A DNA stretch of 64,000 nucleotides from Spirochaetia bacterium (GTDB lineage Bacteria; Spirochaetota; Spirochaetia; SZUA-6; Bin103): positions 2,880,001 to 2,944,000 of the forward strand of contig OZ241907.1 of assembly GCA_965203515.1 (NCBI GenBank), given 5' to 3'. A program made the translations under genes and the position numbers. This document shows, in pieces, positions 28,904-38,904 of the stretch. The number at the start of each line of letters is the position of its first letter. The first letter of the stretch is position 1. The notes under the pieces were generated by a model. It did not search any database, was not told the origin of the DNA, and saw nothing but the letters and a program-made list of their open reading frames with translations.

Positions 28904-30481
28904 TTACGTGCCGATCAGCTCTCCGTACCGCTCGTACTGCTGCTGCCGCACGGCGATCACATCCTGCGCGCCAAGCCGGTTCAATCCGTCGACGAACTCG
29001 TCGAACTTGCTCAGCGGCTCCTGGCCGGTGACGAACTTGTCGAACCACTCCGTCTTGTACGTATTCAGGTCGGTCTGCAGGCGGTTCAGCACCTCCTGCT
29101 CGTCGAGCGTCGGCCGCACCTGCGGAAACGACGGCGCCTTGTAGTACTTCTGGTAGGCGTCGTTGTTGTCCAGCACCCACTGAGGATTGCGGAAATCCCA
29201 CGCATAGGCCCACTGCAGGTGGGCGTACGGCGGCTGGCTGCCGCCGATCTCGCGCAGCCGCGCATCGAACGGCTTCTCCTCGGTGCCGATCGTCTCGATC
29301 TCGCCGTCGACGATCCGGTAGCTGTCGCCCAGGATGCCGAAGTTCTGCAGCATCAGCGCTTCCTCGCTGTTGCGGATGAAGTCGATCCAGTGCATGGCCA
29401 CTTCAGGCATCGTGGAGTCCTTGGTGATCGCCATCTGGTCGCCGCCGTAGATCTCGCGCTTCACGAAGAACTTGTCGCCGTACGGCCCTTCGATCGGCGG
29501 TCCGTTCTCGAAGATCGGGATCGACCCGTCGGGCTTGCCGGCGGGATGGGCGCCCGAGTAGATGCGGGAGAACGTGGTCCACACGCTGATCAACCCGACC
29601 TGATCGTTGGAGACCTTCTCCAGGGTCTCGGTCCAACTGTCGGTGGCGTACGCCTTGTCGAGCAGCCCCTCCGCATAGAGCTGGTTCAACCAGGTGAGGT
29701 ATTCCTTCATGCGCGGACTCTGGAAGATCCAGTAGACCTGACCGTCGTCGTCGACCAGGTATTCGGAGACGATCGAGTACTCGAACCCGTAGAGGTTGCC
29801 CAGATACCGCAGGTAGCCGCGGCCGGCCGCCGGCGTCAGCGGAATCTCGTCCTGTTGGCCGTTGCCGTTGGGGTCGTCGTCCCGGAACAGCCGCAGCGCC
29901 GTCATCATGTCGGCCTGCGTCTCCGGCATCTCCGGGATGCCGACCGCGTCGAGCCACGGCCGGTTCCACAGCGGGCCGAACGACAGGTAGTGCGGCAGCA
30001 CGTAGTTGCCCACGCCGTAGATGTTCCCGTCGGGGCTGGTGTCCAGGATCTTGTAGATGCCGTTGTTGCCGGTGTTCCACCACTTGTTGATGTTGGGCGC
30101 GTATTCCTCCAGCAGATCGTTGAGCGGGATGATCAGGCCGTCGCGGCCGTGCTGGCCGATGTCCCCCAGCAGCGACATGTTGATCACGTCCGGGAGATTG
30201 ACGCCGGCGGCGAGGCGCGCCTTCATCACTTCCGCGTAGTTCTTTACCTGGATGTTCTCCCACTCGATGTGTACGCCGCTGAGCCGCTCCAGCTCCTGGT
30301 ACACCGGCAGGTCGTTGCTGGCGGGCGCCAGGGAGGCAGCCCAGCCGGTGTGGGTTGCCACTTGCAGGGTTGGAAGCTCGTCGGGCGCCGCCGCTTCCTC
30401 CGTGCCCGCGCCAAAGGCGCCGGCGGCCACCAGGGCAAGCGCCGCTCCCAGGACGGCCATCCTCGATATGTGCATGTGCAT
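28904..30481 (-). CDS. Carbohydrate ABC transporter substrate-binding protein (LplA-like)
   Basis: Signal peptide, LPDVI, GLIIPLNDLL, PDGNIY, DPNGNGQQDEIP. Confidence 0.9.
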   Translation of the reverse strand: MHMHISRMAVLGAALALVAAGAFGAGTEEAAAPDELPTLQVATHTGWAASLAPASNDLPVYQELERLSGVHIEWENIQVKNYAEVMKARLAAGVNLPDVINMSLLGDIGQHGRDGLIIPLNDLLEEYAPNINKWWNTGNNGIYKILDTSPDGNIYGVGNYVLPHYLSFGPLWNRPWLDAVGIPEMPETQADMMTALRLFRDDDPNGNGQQDEIPLTPAAGRGYLRYLGNLYGFEYSIVSEYLVDDDGQVYWIFQSPRMKEYLTWLNQLYAEGLLDKAYATDSWTETLEKVSNDQVGLISVWTTFSRIYSGAHPAGKPDGSIPIFENGPPIEGPYGDKFFVKREIYGGDQMAITKDSTMPEVAMHWIDFIRNSEEALMLQNFGILGDSYRIVDGEIETIGTEEKPFDARLREIGGSQPPYAHLQWAYAWDFRNPQWVLDNNDAYQKYYKAPSFPQVRPTLDEQEVLNRLQTDLNTYKTEWFDKFVTGQEPLSKFDEFVDGLNRLGAQDVIAVRQQQYERYGELIGT

Positions 30482-30569
30482 GTCGTTCTCCTTCCTTCGC
30501 TCCGTCGTTCGGTGGTTCTCGACAGGTCCACCAACCAGCCAAGCCGGCCGCCTTCCCGACGGCCGAAAT

Positions 30570-31472
30570 CTATCCCTTCAGGGCGCCGATCAGCATGCCT
30601 TTGACGAAATACCTCTGCAGGAACGGATACAGCAGCAGGATCGGCAGCACCGCCACGATCATCACCGCGAACTTGATCTGCACCATCGCCATGATGCCTT
30701 CCCCCGCCTCGCCGGTCTCGAACTGCTGCACCGCCTCCGGCGACGCCTGGATCAGCACCCGGCGCAGATAGAGCTGGATCGGCTGCAGGTCGACCTTCGG
30801 CAGATAGAGCAGGGCCGGGAGGAAGCCGTTCCAGTGGTCCACGCCGTAGAGCAGCACCAGCACGGCGATGATCGGCTTGGACAGGGGCGCCACGATCTTA
30901 TAGACGATCCGCCACTCTCCCGCGCCTTCGATGCGGGCGCACTCGAACAGGTCCTCCGGCAGGCCCTGAAAGAAGGTGCGGCAGATGATCAGGTTGAAGG
31001 TGGCGATCAGCGGCGGGATCACGATCGCCCAGCGCGTGGCGTAGAGCCCCAGCTTGACCACCAGCACGAACAGCGGGATCAATCCGCCGGAAAAGAACAT
31101 GGTGAGTACGAACAGGAACATCAGCACGCGGCGCGCCGAGAAGTTGCGCTTGGACAGCGGATAGGCGGCCATCATCGTGAAGACCACGTTCAGCGTCGTG
31201 CCTACGCCGGTATACCAGATCGTGTTGTAGTAGCTGCGCAGCACGACCGGATCGTTGAGCACGGTGCGGTAGGCGTCCAGGCTGAACCCCTTCGGCAGCA
31301 GAAAGACCTCTCGCCGCACCACCGCCACGGGATCGCTGATCGACATGCTGAGCACGAACACGAACGGATAGAGCGTGATCACGAAGGCGAATGCCACGCC
31401 CACGTAGACGACGGCATCGACGACCACGTCCTCGACCGTGAGCGCCCTCCGCACGCCGATCCTCCCCGTCAT
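30570..31472 (-). CDS. Carbohydrate ABC transporter permease (LplC-like)
   Basis: FFSGGLIP, ECARIEGA, YPFLQRYFVKG. Confidence 0.92.
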   Translation of the reverse strand: MTGRIGVRRALTVEDVVVDAVVYVGVAFAFVITLYPFVFVLSMSISDPVAVVRREVFLLPKGFSLDAYRTVLNDPVVLRSYYNTIWYTGVGTTLNVVFTMMAAYPLSKRNFSARRVLMFLFVLTMFFSGGLIPLFVLVVKLGLYATRWAIVIPPLIATFNLIICRTFFQGLPEDLFECARIEGAGEWRIVYKIVAPLSKPIIAVLVLLYGVDHWNGFLPALLYLPKVDLQPIQLYLRRVLIQASPEAVQQFETGEAGEGIMAMVQIKFAVMIVAVLPILLLYPFLQRYFVKGMLIGALKG

Positions 31473-31479
31473 GGCGATG

Positions 31480-32421
31480 TCACCAGAGCGCCGTGTCCGT
31501 ATAGCGCCGCGCCAGCCGGTTGAAGACGACCAGGAATCCCAGGTTTATGACGTTCTTGAACAAACCCACCGCGGACGCGAAGCCGTACTTGCTGTCGATG
31601 ATGCCGCGGCGGTAGACGTAGGTGTCGATCACGTCGGCCACCTCATAGGTGGCCGGGGTGTACATGAGCAGGATCTTCGGCCAGTTCACCGACATGGCTT
31701 GCCCGACGCTCAGGATGAGCAGGATGACGATGATCGACGCCATCCCGGGGATGGTGACGAAGCGGATCCGCTGGATGCGAGAGGCGCCGTCCACCTCCGC
31801 GGCGTCGTACAGCTCCTGGCTGATGCCGGCGATGGCGGCCAGGTAGATGATCGAGACGAAGCCGAACGACTGCCAGATGCCGGAGCCGATGTAGAGCGGC
31901 CGGAACCAGCTCTGCAGGCCCAGGAAGTTGATCGGCTCGCCGCCCAGCGACTTGATGACGATGTTGACGATGCCGTTGTTGGGCGACAGGAAGGTGACCA
32001 TCATGCCGACGACGATCACCAGGGATATGAAGTGCGGCAGGTAGCTCACGGTCTGCACGATCCGCTTGAGGGGCAGCACCCGCATCTCGTTGAGCATCAG
32101 GGCGAAGATGATCGGCACCGGAAAGCCGAAGACGATGGTGTAGAAGCTGAGCAGCAGCGTGTTGCGCATCAGCCGCCAGAAGTAGAACGACTCGAAGAAC
32201 TCGATGAACCACCGGAAGCCGACCCAGTCGCTGCCGAACACGCCGCGGCCCATCTTGTAGTCCTGAAAGGCCAGCACGATGCCGGCCATCGGCACGTAGT
32301 GAAAGATGACGAGGTAGGCGAACGGCAGGATCATCATGGCGTACCAAGCCCGTTCGAGTTTGATCCGCCTCCGCAACGCCGCCCAGGGCGCCGGCTTCGT
32401 CAGAGTGGAAGCCGCAGACAC
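31480..32421 (-). CDS. Carbohydrate ABC transporter permease (LplB-like)
   Basis: YLPHFIS, ELYDAAEVDGA, DVIDTYVYR. Confidence 0.92.
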   Translation of the reverse strand: MSAASTLTKPAPWAALRRRIKLERAWYAMMILPFAYLVIFHYVPMAGIVLAFQDYKMGRGVFGSDWVGFRWFIEFFESFYFWRLMRNTLLLSFYTIVFGFPVPIIFALMLNEMRVLPLKRIVQTVSYLPHFISLVIVVGMMVTFLSPNNGIVNIVIKSLGGEPINFLGLQSWFRPLYIGSGIWQSFGFVSIIYLAAIAGISQELYDAAEVDGASRIQRIRFVTIPGMASIIVILLILSVGQAMSVNWPKILLMYTPATYEVADVIDTYVYRRGIIDSKYGFASAVGLFKNVINLGFLVVFNRLARRYTDTALW

Positions 32422-32423
32422 CG

Positions 32424-32852
32424 CTATGCCGTCTTGTTCGTTCTCATGAAGAGATGGTTGCGGCCGTCCTCGTAGCGGTAGTCGATCTCATCCATCATCT
32501 CCCGCACCAGGTGGACGCCCAGGCCGCCTACCGGCCGCTGATCAAGCGGCGCATCGGTATCGGGCTCCGGCGCTTCGGAGAGCGGGTCGAAGCGCGGCCC
32601 GTCGTCCACGATCTCGATGCTGACCGAGTCCGCATCGCAGATCACGACGACCTCCAGCTCGCGCGCGCCGCCGGCCCGGCCGTGGGTCATGACGTTGAGC
32701 GTCATCTCCTCCAACACCAAGTTCATGCGGAACTGGAAGTCCGGGGACCACCGTTCACGCGCCCCCAGCTCCTCGATGGCGCCGGCAACGTCCGCCAGCC
32801 GTTCGGGGTCGGGGTCGAGCCTCAGATGCAGATCGGCGCCCGATTCGCTCAT
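32424..32852 (-). CDS. Anti-sigma factor / Ser kinase, RsbW-like (HATPase_c_2)
   Basis: LEEMTLNVMTHG N-box, DDGPRFDP, RPVGGLGVHLVREMMD. Confidence 0.9.
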   Translation of the reverse strand: MSESGADLHLRLDPDPERLADVAGAIEELGARERWSPDFQFRMNLVLEEMTLNVMTHGRAGGARELEVVVICDADSVSIEIVDDGPRFDPLSEAPEPDTDAPLDQRPVGGLGVHLVREMMDEIDYRYEDGRNHLFMRTNKTA

Positions 32853-32919
32853 GCGCCGCTCCTACCGCCGGAGCTGCGTACCGTGCGGCCGATCGTTCGC
32901 CCCACGGAACCTCAAGGCG

Positions 32920-33258
32920 TCAGGCGCTCACCGCCTGGGTCGCTTCCTCCCTGGACGCGTGGACCTTGATGATGCGGTCGAACCCGCTGATCTCGAAGAC
33001 TTCCTTGATCGACGGCGACAGCGAGCAGATGGCGAACTTGGCCTGCTGCCGCTGCAGCCGCCGCGCCAGAAGCAGCGTCGCCCGAAGCCCGGAGCTGCTG
33101 ATGTAGGTCAGCTTGCCCATGTCCAGGACCACCGCGCGATCGTCGTCGGTGATCGCCTCCTCGAACCGGTCCTGGAAGTCCTGGGAATTGCTGCCGTCGA
33201 TACGACCGTCGACGGCCACGACCAACGCGCTGCCGTCACGCTCACTGTTTACTTGCAC
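32920..33258 (-). CDS. STAS-domain anti-sigma factor antagonist (RsbV-like)
   Basis: GRID, YISSSGLR with phospho-acceptor Ser, VFEISGF. Confidence 0.92.
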   Translation of the reverse strand: MQVNSERDGSALVVAVDGRIDGSNSQDFQDRFEEAITDDDRAVVLDMGKLTYISSSGLRATLLLARRLQRQQAKFAICSLSPSIKEVFEISGFDRIIKVHASREEATQAVSA

Positions 33259-33316
33259 TTATCCTTCTCCCCGTAACGAGTTATGACGTGCGCCGACGAT
33301 GATGGTCCGGCGCCGC

Positions 33317-35812
33317 TCATCCGTGGATGCGCTTCCGCATGATGAGGCGATTGCGCTCACCGACGCGCAGGTAGGAGACCTCGTCGACCAGGGAGCGCCG
33401 CATCAGGCCCGCTCCCAGGCATTCGGTCCCCGACTCGGCGCCGTCCCCCGTATCGTCCATCGGATCGTAGGCTCCGCCGTCGTCTTCCACCGTAACCTCG
33501 GCCACGCCGTCGTCGAGCATAGCACGAACGGCGATCTCATATTCGTCGACCGACAGCCGGTCATCGATCGCGTTGACCATGGTCGCCTCCAGCGCCCTGC
33601 GGAGATGCTCCGCGTCGTCGGGGCCGATGCCGCCGCTCTTCGCGAACGTCCCGATTTCGTCGGCGATGCGGGGAAGGTCGGCGCGATCGTTGCGCAGCGA
33701 GAACCGGCGCACGGCGATCGTGTCATCGGCCGTGCCGCGGCCGAGCGCCAGCATGGTGACGTCATCGAACTGCACCGCTTCGCCGGCGAACTCCTCGACC
33801 GACCGGAGCATGATCTCCAGGGTGTCGCCGGCGCTTCGATCGGCGTTCTGCAGGAGGACATCTTCCATGCGCTCGTAGCCGTACTCCTCCTCGGCCACGT
33901 TGGCCGACTCGCTGACTCCGTCGGTATAGAGAAACAGCTTGCCGCCGGCCGGCACGGTCACCCGCCCTTCCTCATAGGTGAGCCCGTCGAACATCGCCAC
34001 GGCGATGCCCCCGGTCAGCGGGAGGCGTTCGATCCGATCGCCGCTCAACAGCATCGGCGGGTTGTGGCCGCCGTTGGCGTACACGAAGCTGCCGTCGCGC
34101 ACGTCGTAGACGCCGTAGAAGAGGGTGACGAACATGTCCCCGCCGGAGGCTTCGATCAGGGTGTCATTCACCATCTGCATGCACTGACCGGGGGGGCGCT
34201 CGGCCTGCCGCGCCGTAGCGCGAATCACCGTGCGGGTGACGGCCATGAACATCGCCGCCGGCACGCCCTTGCCCGCGACGTCGCCGATGACGACCGCGAT
34301 GCGGTGCTCGTCCAGCGGGAAGAAATCGTAGAAATCGCCGCCCACCTCCTTGGCGGGATGCATGGCCGCGCGGATATCGACTCCCGGCGCCGCGAAACGG
34401 ACGCCGGGGAGGAACGAGTGCTGCACGCGGCTGGCGATCTGCAGGTCACGCTGCAGGGCCAGATACGCGGTCCTGGTGCGCAGCGCCTCCTGCAGCTCGG
34501 CCACCAGCGTGGTCAGCCGCTGTTGCTGGCGGCCGACCCGGCCGGTCATCTTCTGGAACGCCAGTCCGATCATCTGCAGGTCGTTGCCGCTCTCCTGGTC
34601 TCCGGACGGGTCGGCATCCGTCGCCCCGTCCGGCGCCTCCACCTCGGCGAGGTCCTTGAGGATGTCGCGTCGTTCCTCCTCGTTCAGGGTGTCGGCCAGA
34701 CGGGTCATCTCGCTATGGATGAAGCGTTCCTGCTGGCGCCGGCGGAGCAGCGCGCGGCGGCGGTGCCGGCGCAAGGCCAGCGTCTGCGTACGGAAGGTGT
34801 TCACCGCGCGGGCGATCCGCGCCACCTCGTCGTCGCTCTCCTGCTCGCTCACCGCCACGGTCGCCTGCGTGTCGCCCCGCGAGAGCGCGTCCAGCACCAC
34901 CACGCCGTCGGTCAGACGCGACAGCGCGCGCCGCAGATAGAGCGAAATGCCGAGGAGCGACAACAGCACGAACCCCGCGACGGCAAGGACGGTGATCAGA
35001 CTGACCCGCCGCCGTTCGGCCTCGGCGGCGCTCACGTCCTGCACCGTGACCACGTACGCGACCAGGTTGCCGAGCTCCGCTTCGAGCTCGAACGAAGCGC
35101 GCGCGAACGCCTGGTCGCCGCTGCGCTGCGGCTCCGAGGTGCGCCGGTCGAGCCATTCCGTCCCGCCCACGCGGTCCCAGACCTCCCGATCGGTTCCCAC
35201 CAGCAGACGTCCGCGCCGGTTGACGATCAACGCCTCCGCCCCGGTGTCGTTCCTCAGCTCGGTGAGCGCCTTCAGAATGTCGGTCGCGTAGATCGCTACC
35301 GCGAGCAGCGCGCCGTTGCCGCCGTGCACGAGGACGCCGGCCGACAGGGTGACGTTGCGCTCGGCGTCGATCGCGACCCCGCCGCCGCTCCATCTCTGCG
35401 CGATCATGCGCGCCAGCGCGTCGTCGCTCGCCGCCGCGACCGGCTCGAAGGCGGGAGCGGAGGAGTACAGCACCTCCCTCGTGGGCGAGACCAGGTCCAG
35501 CCGGTCCACGTCTCCGCTGGCGCGCAACGCGGCGAGCGCCGCCTCCGCCGCCGCCAGTATCTCGCCGCGGTCACCGCTCTCCAGGGCCGCCCGCAACGCG
35601 GGGTTCGCGGTGACGACCGGCGAGCGCTCGCGCATGCGCTGCACGCCGGTCTCCACGATCTTGCTCCACAGCGCGCGGCCGCCGGTCCGCGTCGTCCGGT
35701 CGAGCTGGTCGCGCAGCCCCTGTTCCCGCAGATTCGCGGCGACCACCAAGCCGGCCACCATCGCCGCCATGAAGAGGATGACGATGATGCCGATGCGCGC
35801 CTTGAGGCCCAC
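33317..35812 (-). CDS. Membrane sensor (Cache-like)-HAMP-SpoIIE/PP2C phosphatase with C-terminal HATPase-like domain
   Basis: Two TMs around a periplasmic domain, DEVARIARA HAMP, EVGGDFYD, GDVAGKG, NGGHNPP, LYTDGVSE, DDVT; C-terminal EDDGGAYDP. Confidence 0.9.
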   Translation of the reverse strand: MGLKARIGIIVILFMAAMVAGLVVAANLREQGLRDQLDRTTRTGGRALWSKIVETGVQRMRERSPVVTANPALRAALESGDRGEILAAAEAALAALRASGDVDRLDLVSPTREVLYSSAPAFEPVAAASDDALARMIAQRWSGGGVAIDAERNVTLSAGVLVHGGNGALLAVAIYATDILKALTELRNDTGAEALIVNRRGRLLVGTDREVWDRVGGTEWLDRRTSEPQRSGDQAFARASFELEAELGNLVAYVVTVQDVSAAEAERRRVSLITVLAVAGFVLLSLLGISLYLRRALSRLTDGVVVLDALSRGDTQATVAVSEQESDDEVARIARAVNTFRTQTLALRRHRRRALLRRRQQERFIHSEMTRLADTLNEEERRDILKDLAEVEAPDGATDADPSGDQESGNDLQMIGLAFQKMTGRVGRQQQRLTTLVAELQEALRTRTAYLALQRDLQIASRVQHSFLPGVRFAAPGVDIRAAMHPAKEVGGDFYDFFPLDEHRIAVVIGDVAGKGVPAAMFMAVTRTVIRATARQAERPPGQCMQMVNDTLIEASGGDMFVTLFYGVYDVRDGSFVYANGGHNPPMLLSGDRIERLPLTGGIAVAMFDGLTYEEGRVTVPAGGKLFLYTDGVSESANVAEEEYGYERMEDVLLQNADRSAGDTLEIMLRSVEEFAGEAVQFDDVTMLALGRGTADDTIAVRRFSLRNDRADLPRIADEIGTFAKSGGIGPDDAEHLRRALEATMVNAIDDRLSVDEYEIAVRAMLDDGVAEVTVEDDGGAYDPMDDTGDGAESGTECLGAGLMRRSLVDEVSYLRVGERNRLIMRKRIHG

Positions 35813-35818
35813 CCGGCG

Positions 35819-36829
35819 CTACTCCTGCACCACTTGCGCGATGCGCAGCAGGCTGAGCGGGGGATACACCTCCAGGTCGAGGGCTACCGGCATGCGGATC
35901 AGCAGCGCGAACCGGGCCAGCGAGGCGACCGGGAGGTCTTCCGCACGCTTGCCGTCGACCAGGATGCGTTCCGCCTGGGCTCCGGCGAGCTTGCCGACCA
36001 GGAAGTATTTGCTCACGAGGCCGAGCACGGCATGGGAGCCATTGAAGGTCGCATCGGTGCCGGCGACCGTCGGTATGCCGCGCTCCTTCGCCAAGCCGGT
36101 GACCTGCGCCCGGTTTCCGGTCACGAAGGAATCGGGGCCTATGTAGAGGAACTCCACGCCGCCGTCGACCAGCTCGTCGACCGCTTCCCCCAGGCGGGAG
36201 GCGTCGGCCCTGCCATCGTCGTCGAGCGGTACCGGCGCTTCCAGCAGATCGATGCCGCGCGCCGTCGCCGCCGACCGGAGCTGCTCGACGTTGATCACCG
36301 AGTTGGTCTCCAGGGAGTTGTAGATCACGCCCAGGCGCTTGACGGAGGAGCGGTATGCCAGGAGGGCGTCGAGCTGCCGTTCCACCGGCGGCAGGAACGC
36401 GGTGCCGGTGATCGGGCGGCCGGTCGACTCGAAGCTCTCGACGATCCGCGCCTCGATCGGATAGGCCACGATCGAGAAGACGCCGGGTATCCCCTGCACG
36501 TGCGTGGCCGGGTCCGATTCGCCGAGCCGTCCGAAGATGCCGGCCGTCGCCGAGGTGCCGAAGGTGTGCACCAGGTCAGGGTTGGCGGCCTGTATCTCGG
36601 CGACCACCTCCGGGATGCGGCTCCGGTCCTGACCGAGGTCACGCATCGTGTAGTTCACCGATATGCCGCGCTCCCGCATGTGCGCCCGGAAGCCGCGCTC
36701 GACGTCGGTCTCGCCGCGCCACACTACCAGGAATACGTGGAACTCGGCCGGCGTCTGGGCGGCCGCCATGCCGGCCACCCCGAGCAGGCCGGCCAGCCCG
36801 AGCAGCAGCGCCGCGGCGAACGCTCTCAC
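35819..36829 (-). CDS. Periplasmic substrate-binding protein (ABC_sub_bind-like) with no adjacent cognate ABC permease/ATPase
   Basis: GTG overlaps upstream TGA; signal peptide; PDLVHTFGT, LGVIYNSLETNS, GKLAGAQAERIL. Confidence 0.85.
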   Translation of the reverse strand: MRAFAAALLLGLAGLLGVAGMAAAQTPAEFHVFLVVWRGETDVERGFRAHMRERGISVNYTMRDLGQDRSRIPEVVAEIQAANPDLVHTFGTSATAGIFGRLGESDPATHVQGIPGVFSIVAYPIEARIVESFESTGRPITGTAFLPPVERQLDALLAYRSSVKRLGVIYNSLETNSVINVEQLRSAATARGIDLLEAPVPLDDDGRADASRLGEAVDELVDGGVEFLYIGPDSFVTGNRAQVTGLAKERGIPTVAGTDATFNGSHAVLGLVSKYFLVGKLAGAQAERILVDGKRAEDLPVASLARFALLIRMPVALDLEVYPPLSLLRIAQVVQE

Positions 36830-38904
36830 GCAGACGCCCTGCCCGCGCTCGTCGCACGGCCGATCACGAGGTAGAGCAGAGTGCAGACCAGCACCAGTCC
36901 GCCGACCGCGAGCATCGCCTGCCCGTAGGAGAAGGCGGCCGCCACCGCCCCCACCAGCATCGCTCCCGCCGCGGTGCCGACCCGCTCCAGGGTGCGGTAC
37001 ATGCCGACGATCGCCCCCGGGCCGAGTCCCAGCCGGTGGCTGGCGCCCTGCGCGATCTCCTGCACCACGGCGAGCTGGGTCACGGTCACCATCGCGTGAC
37101 CGGCGCCCATCACCGCCACCGCGGCCAGCACTACGCCGGTCGCGTTCCGCAGCGCCGGCAGCGCGCACCCGACGGCGATCACGAACCCGCCGGCGATCAT
37201 CAGCAACCGCGGCTGCCGGCCGCGGTCCGCGCTCCGCGCGACCAACGGCGTGGCCACCACGCAGGCGACGCCGTACATCATCATCACCCGACCGATGTTC
37301 GACTGGATGTTGCCCAGGTCGGCCAGATAGAGCGGCACCAGGTAGAAGAACAGGCCGCCGAGCACCAGCTTGCTCGGCAATGCGGAGAGCACCGTCACCT
37401 GCAGCAGCTCGCGGTCCGCGAGCAGCCGCAGCCAACCGCGCAGGCCGACCTTGGCCGAGCGTATGCTCGGCGCCCCGCCCGGATCGATGGTGACGAGCGC
37501 CGCCGCCGCGGAGACCGCGGCGAGCGCGGCCGCCACCAGCAGCGTCTGCTTGTAACCCAGGCGGTCGGCCAGCATCCCGCCGATCGCCGGACCGCACACG
37601 AAGGCCGCGAACACCGCCCCCAGGAAGCCCGACATGCCGACCGCCCGCGTCGACCGATCGGTGTGCTGAGCGACGTAGGCCTGCGCGGAGATGAAGATGA
37701 TGCCGTAGCCGGCGCCGGAGAGCGTCCACCACAGCAGTCCCTCGCCGATCGTGCCGGCATAGGCGGTCCCCACGTGTCCCGCGACCGACGGAATGATGCC
37801 GGCGACGAACATGCCGCGCGGCGCGACGCGATCCGTCAGCGCTCCGGCGATCGGGATCGAGATGAGCACCATGGTCATGAACGCCGTGATCGGCAGTCCG
37901 ATCGCCAGCTCGCGGCTCAAGCCGGCGATCGGCGTGTAGATGTCGTCGAAGAAGAGCGGCAGGAACGGACGTGAGATCTCCTGCGCCAACATGAACAGGA
38001 ACAGCGGAATCCTGACGTCCATCGGCGATCGGGAGACCAGCGTGGTCTCGGTGCCGGGGGCGGCGAAGCGGTAGCGCGTCCTGATCGCCGCCAGCACGTC
38101 CCTGATGCGCTTCTGCACGCCGCGGTCGAGCTGCACTTCATGCGCGTCCTCGGCCTCCTCCACCAGTTCCGAGAACGCCGCGTTGATACGTCGTAGCGCG
38201 CCGTTGAGTATCTGGCCGAAGCGGCCCACCTCGTCCCGGTAGCGCACGCCGAACCGGCTGCCGAAGTCGCCCTTGGCGCTGAGCGCCAGCAGACGGTCCG
38301 CCAGCCGGATCGGCCCCGATACCCGCACCACCACCAGAGCCACCAGCAACTCGATGCCGATGAGCAGGGTGACCAGGAGGACGGTGCCGATGTCCAGGCG
38401 CAACGCCGCCAACTCGGAGCGCACCGCCCCCCCCTGCACCTGCACGCGCAACGACGCCACCGGCTGGCCGTCCACCAGAATCGGCACCGATTCCAGATCG
38501 GCGGCGTCGCGGGCCGACGGCGCCAGCGCGCCCCGCGCATAGATCTCGACGCCGGCGGGATCCACGACCGCCACGTACCGGAAGTCCGGGTTGTCTTCCA
38601 GCACCCCGTCCAGGAAGGCGTCCATCTCCACCATCGAGCGGAGCGGGATTCCCAGGGACAGGCCATAGCCGATCTGTTCGGCGACCAGCTCTCCCGCCAC
38701 TACCGCCTTGCGGCGCACCTCGGGCAGCAGGTTGTCCTCGAACGTCCTGGCCAGCAGGAACGACACGACTCCCTGCGACAGGATCAGCAGCAGCGCCGTC
38801 AGAGCGGCCAGCCGCAGGGCTACGCTCCGGTAGACGCTCCGTTCGGACCGTTCCTGCGACGCGTTCGGCGCCGCAGTCCGGCGCGCCGCGCTGGCCGTGC
38901 TCAT
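36826..38904 (-). CDS. Periplasmic sensor-HAMP-MFS transporter fusion
   Basis: TM-periplasmic-TM, GDF...RDEVGRFG HAMP, then a 12-TM MFS (GALTDRV, GPAIGGMLADRLGY). Confidence 0.85.
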   Translation of the reverse strand: MSTASAARRTAAPNASQERSERSVYRSVALRLAALTALLLILSQGVVSFLLARTFEDNLLPEVRRKAVVAGELVAEQIGYGLSLGIPLRSMVEMDAFLDGVLEDNPDFRYVAVVDPAGVEIYARGALAPSARDAADLESVPILVDGQPVASLRVQVQGGAVRSELAALRLDIGTVLLVTLLIGIELLVALVVVRVSGPIRLADRLLALSAKGDFGSRFGVRYRDEVGRFGQILNGALRRINAAFSELVEEAEDAHEVQLDRGVQKRIRDVLAAIRTRYRFAAPGTETTLVSRSPMDVRIPLFLFMLAQEISRPFLPLFFDDIYTPIAGLSRELAIGLPITAFMTMVLISIPIAGALTDRVAPRGMFVAGIIPSVAGHVGTAYAGTIGEGLLWWTLSGAGYGIIFISAQAYVAQHTDRSTRAVGMSGFLGAVFAAFVCGPAIGGMLADRLGYKQTLLVAAALAAVSAAAALVTIDPGGAPSIRSAKVGLRGWLRLLADRELLQVTVLSALPSKLVLGGLFFYLVPLYLADLGNIQSNIGRVMMMYGVACVVATPLVARSADRGRQPRLLMIAGGFVIAVGCALPALRNATGVVLAAVAVMGAGHAMVTVTQLAVVQEIAQGASHRLGLGPGAIVGMYRTLERVGTAAGAMLVGAVAAAFSYGQAMLAVGGLVLVCTLLYLVIGRATSAGRASA

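Noticed and set aside
33299..36874. 1191-aa plus-strand ORF, and similar long ORFs such as 27518-30604 and 57026-59767
   Set aside because: These are antisense shadows of well-supported minus-strand genes, typical of high-GC DNA, with no recognisable motifs.
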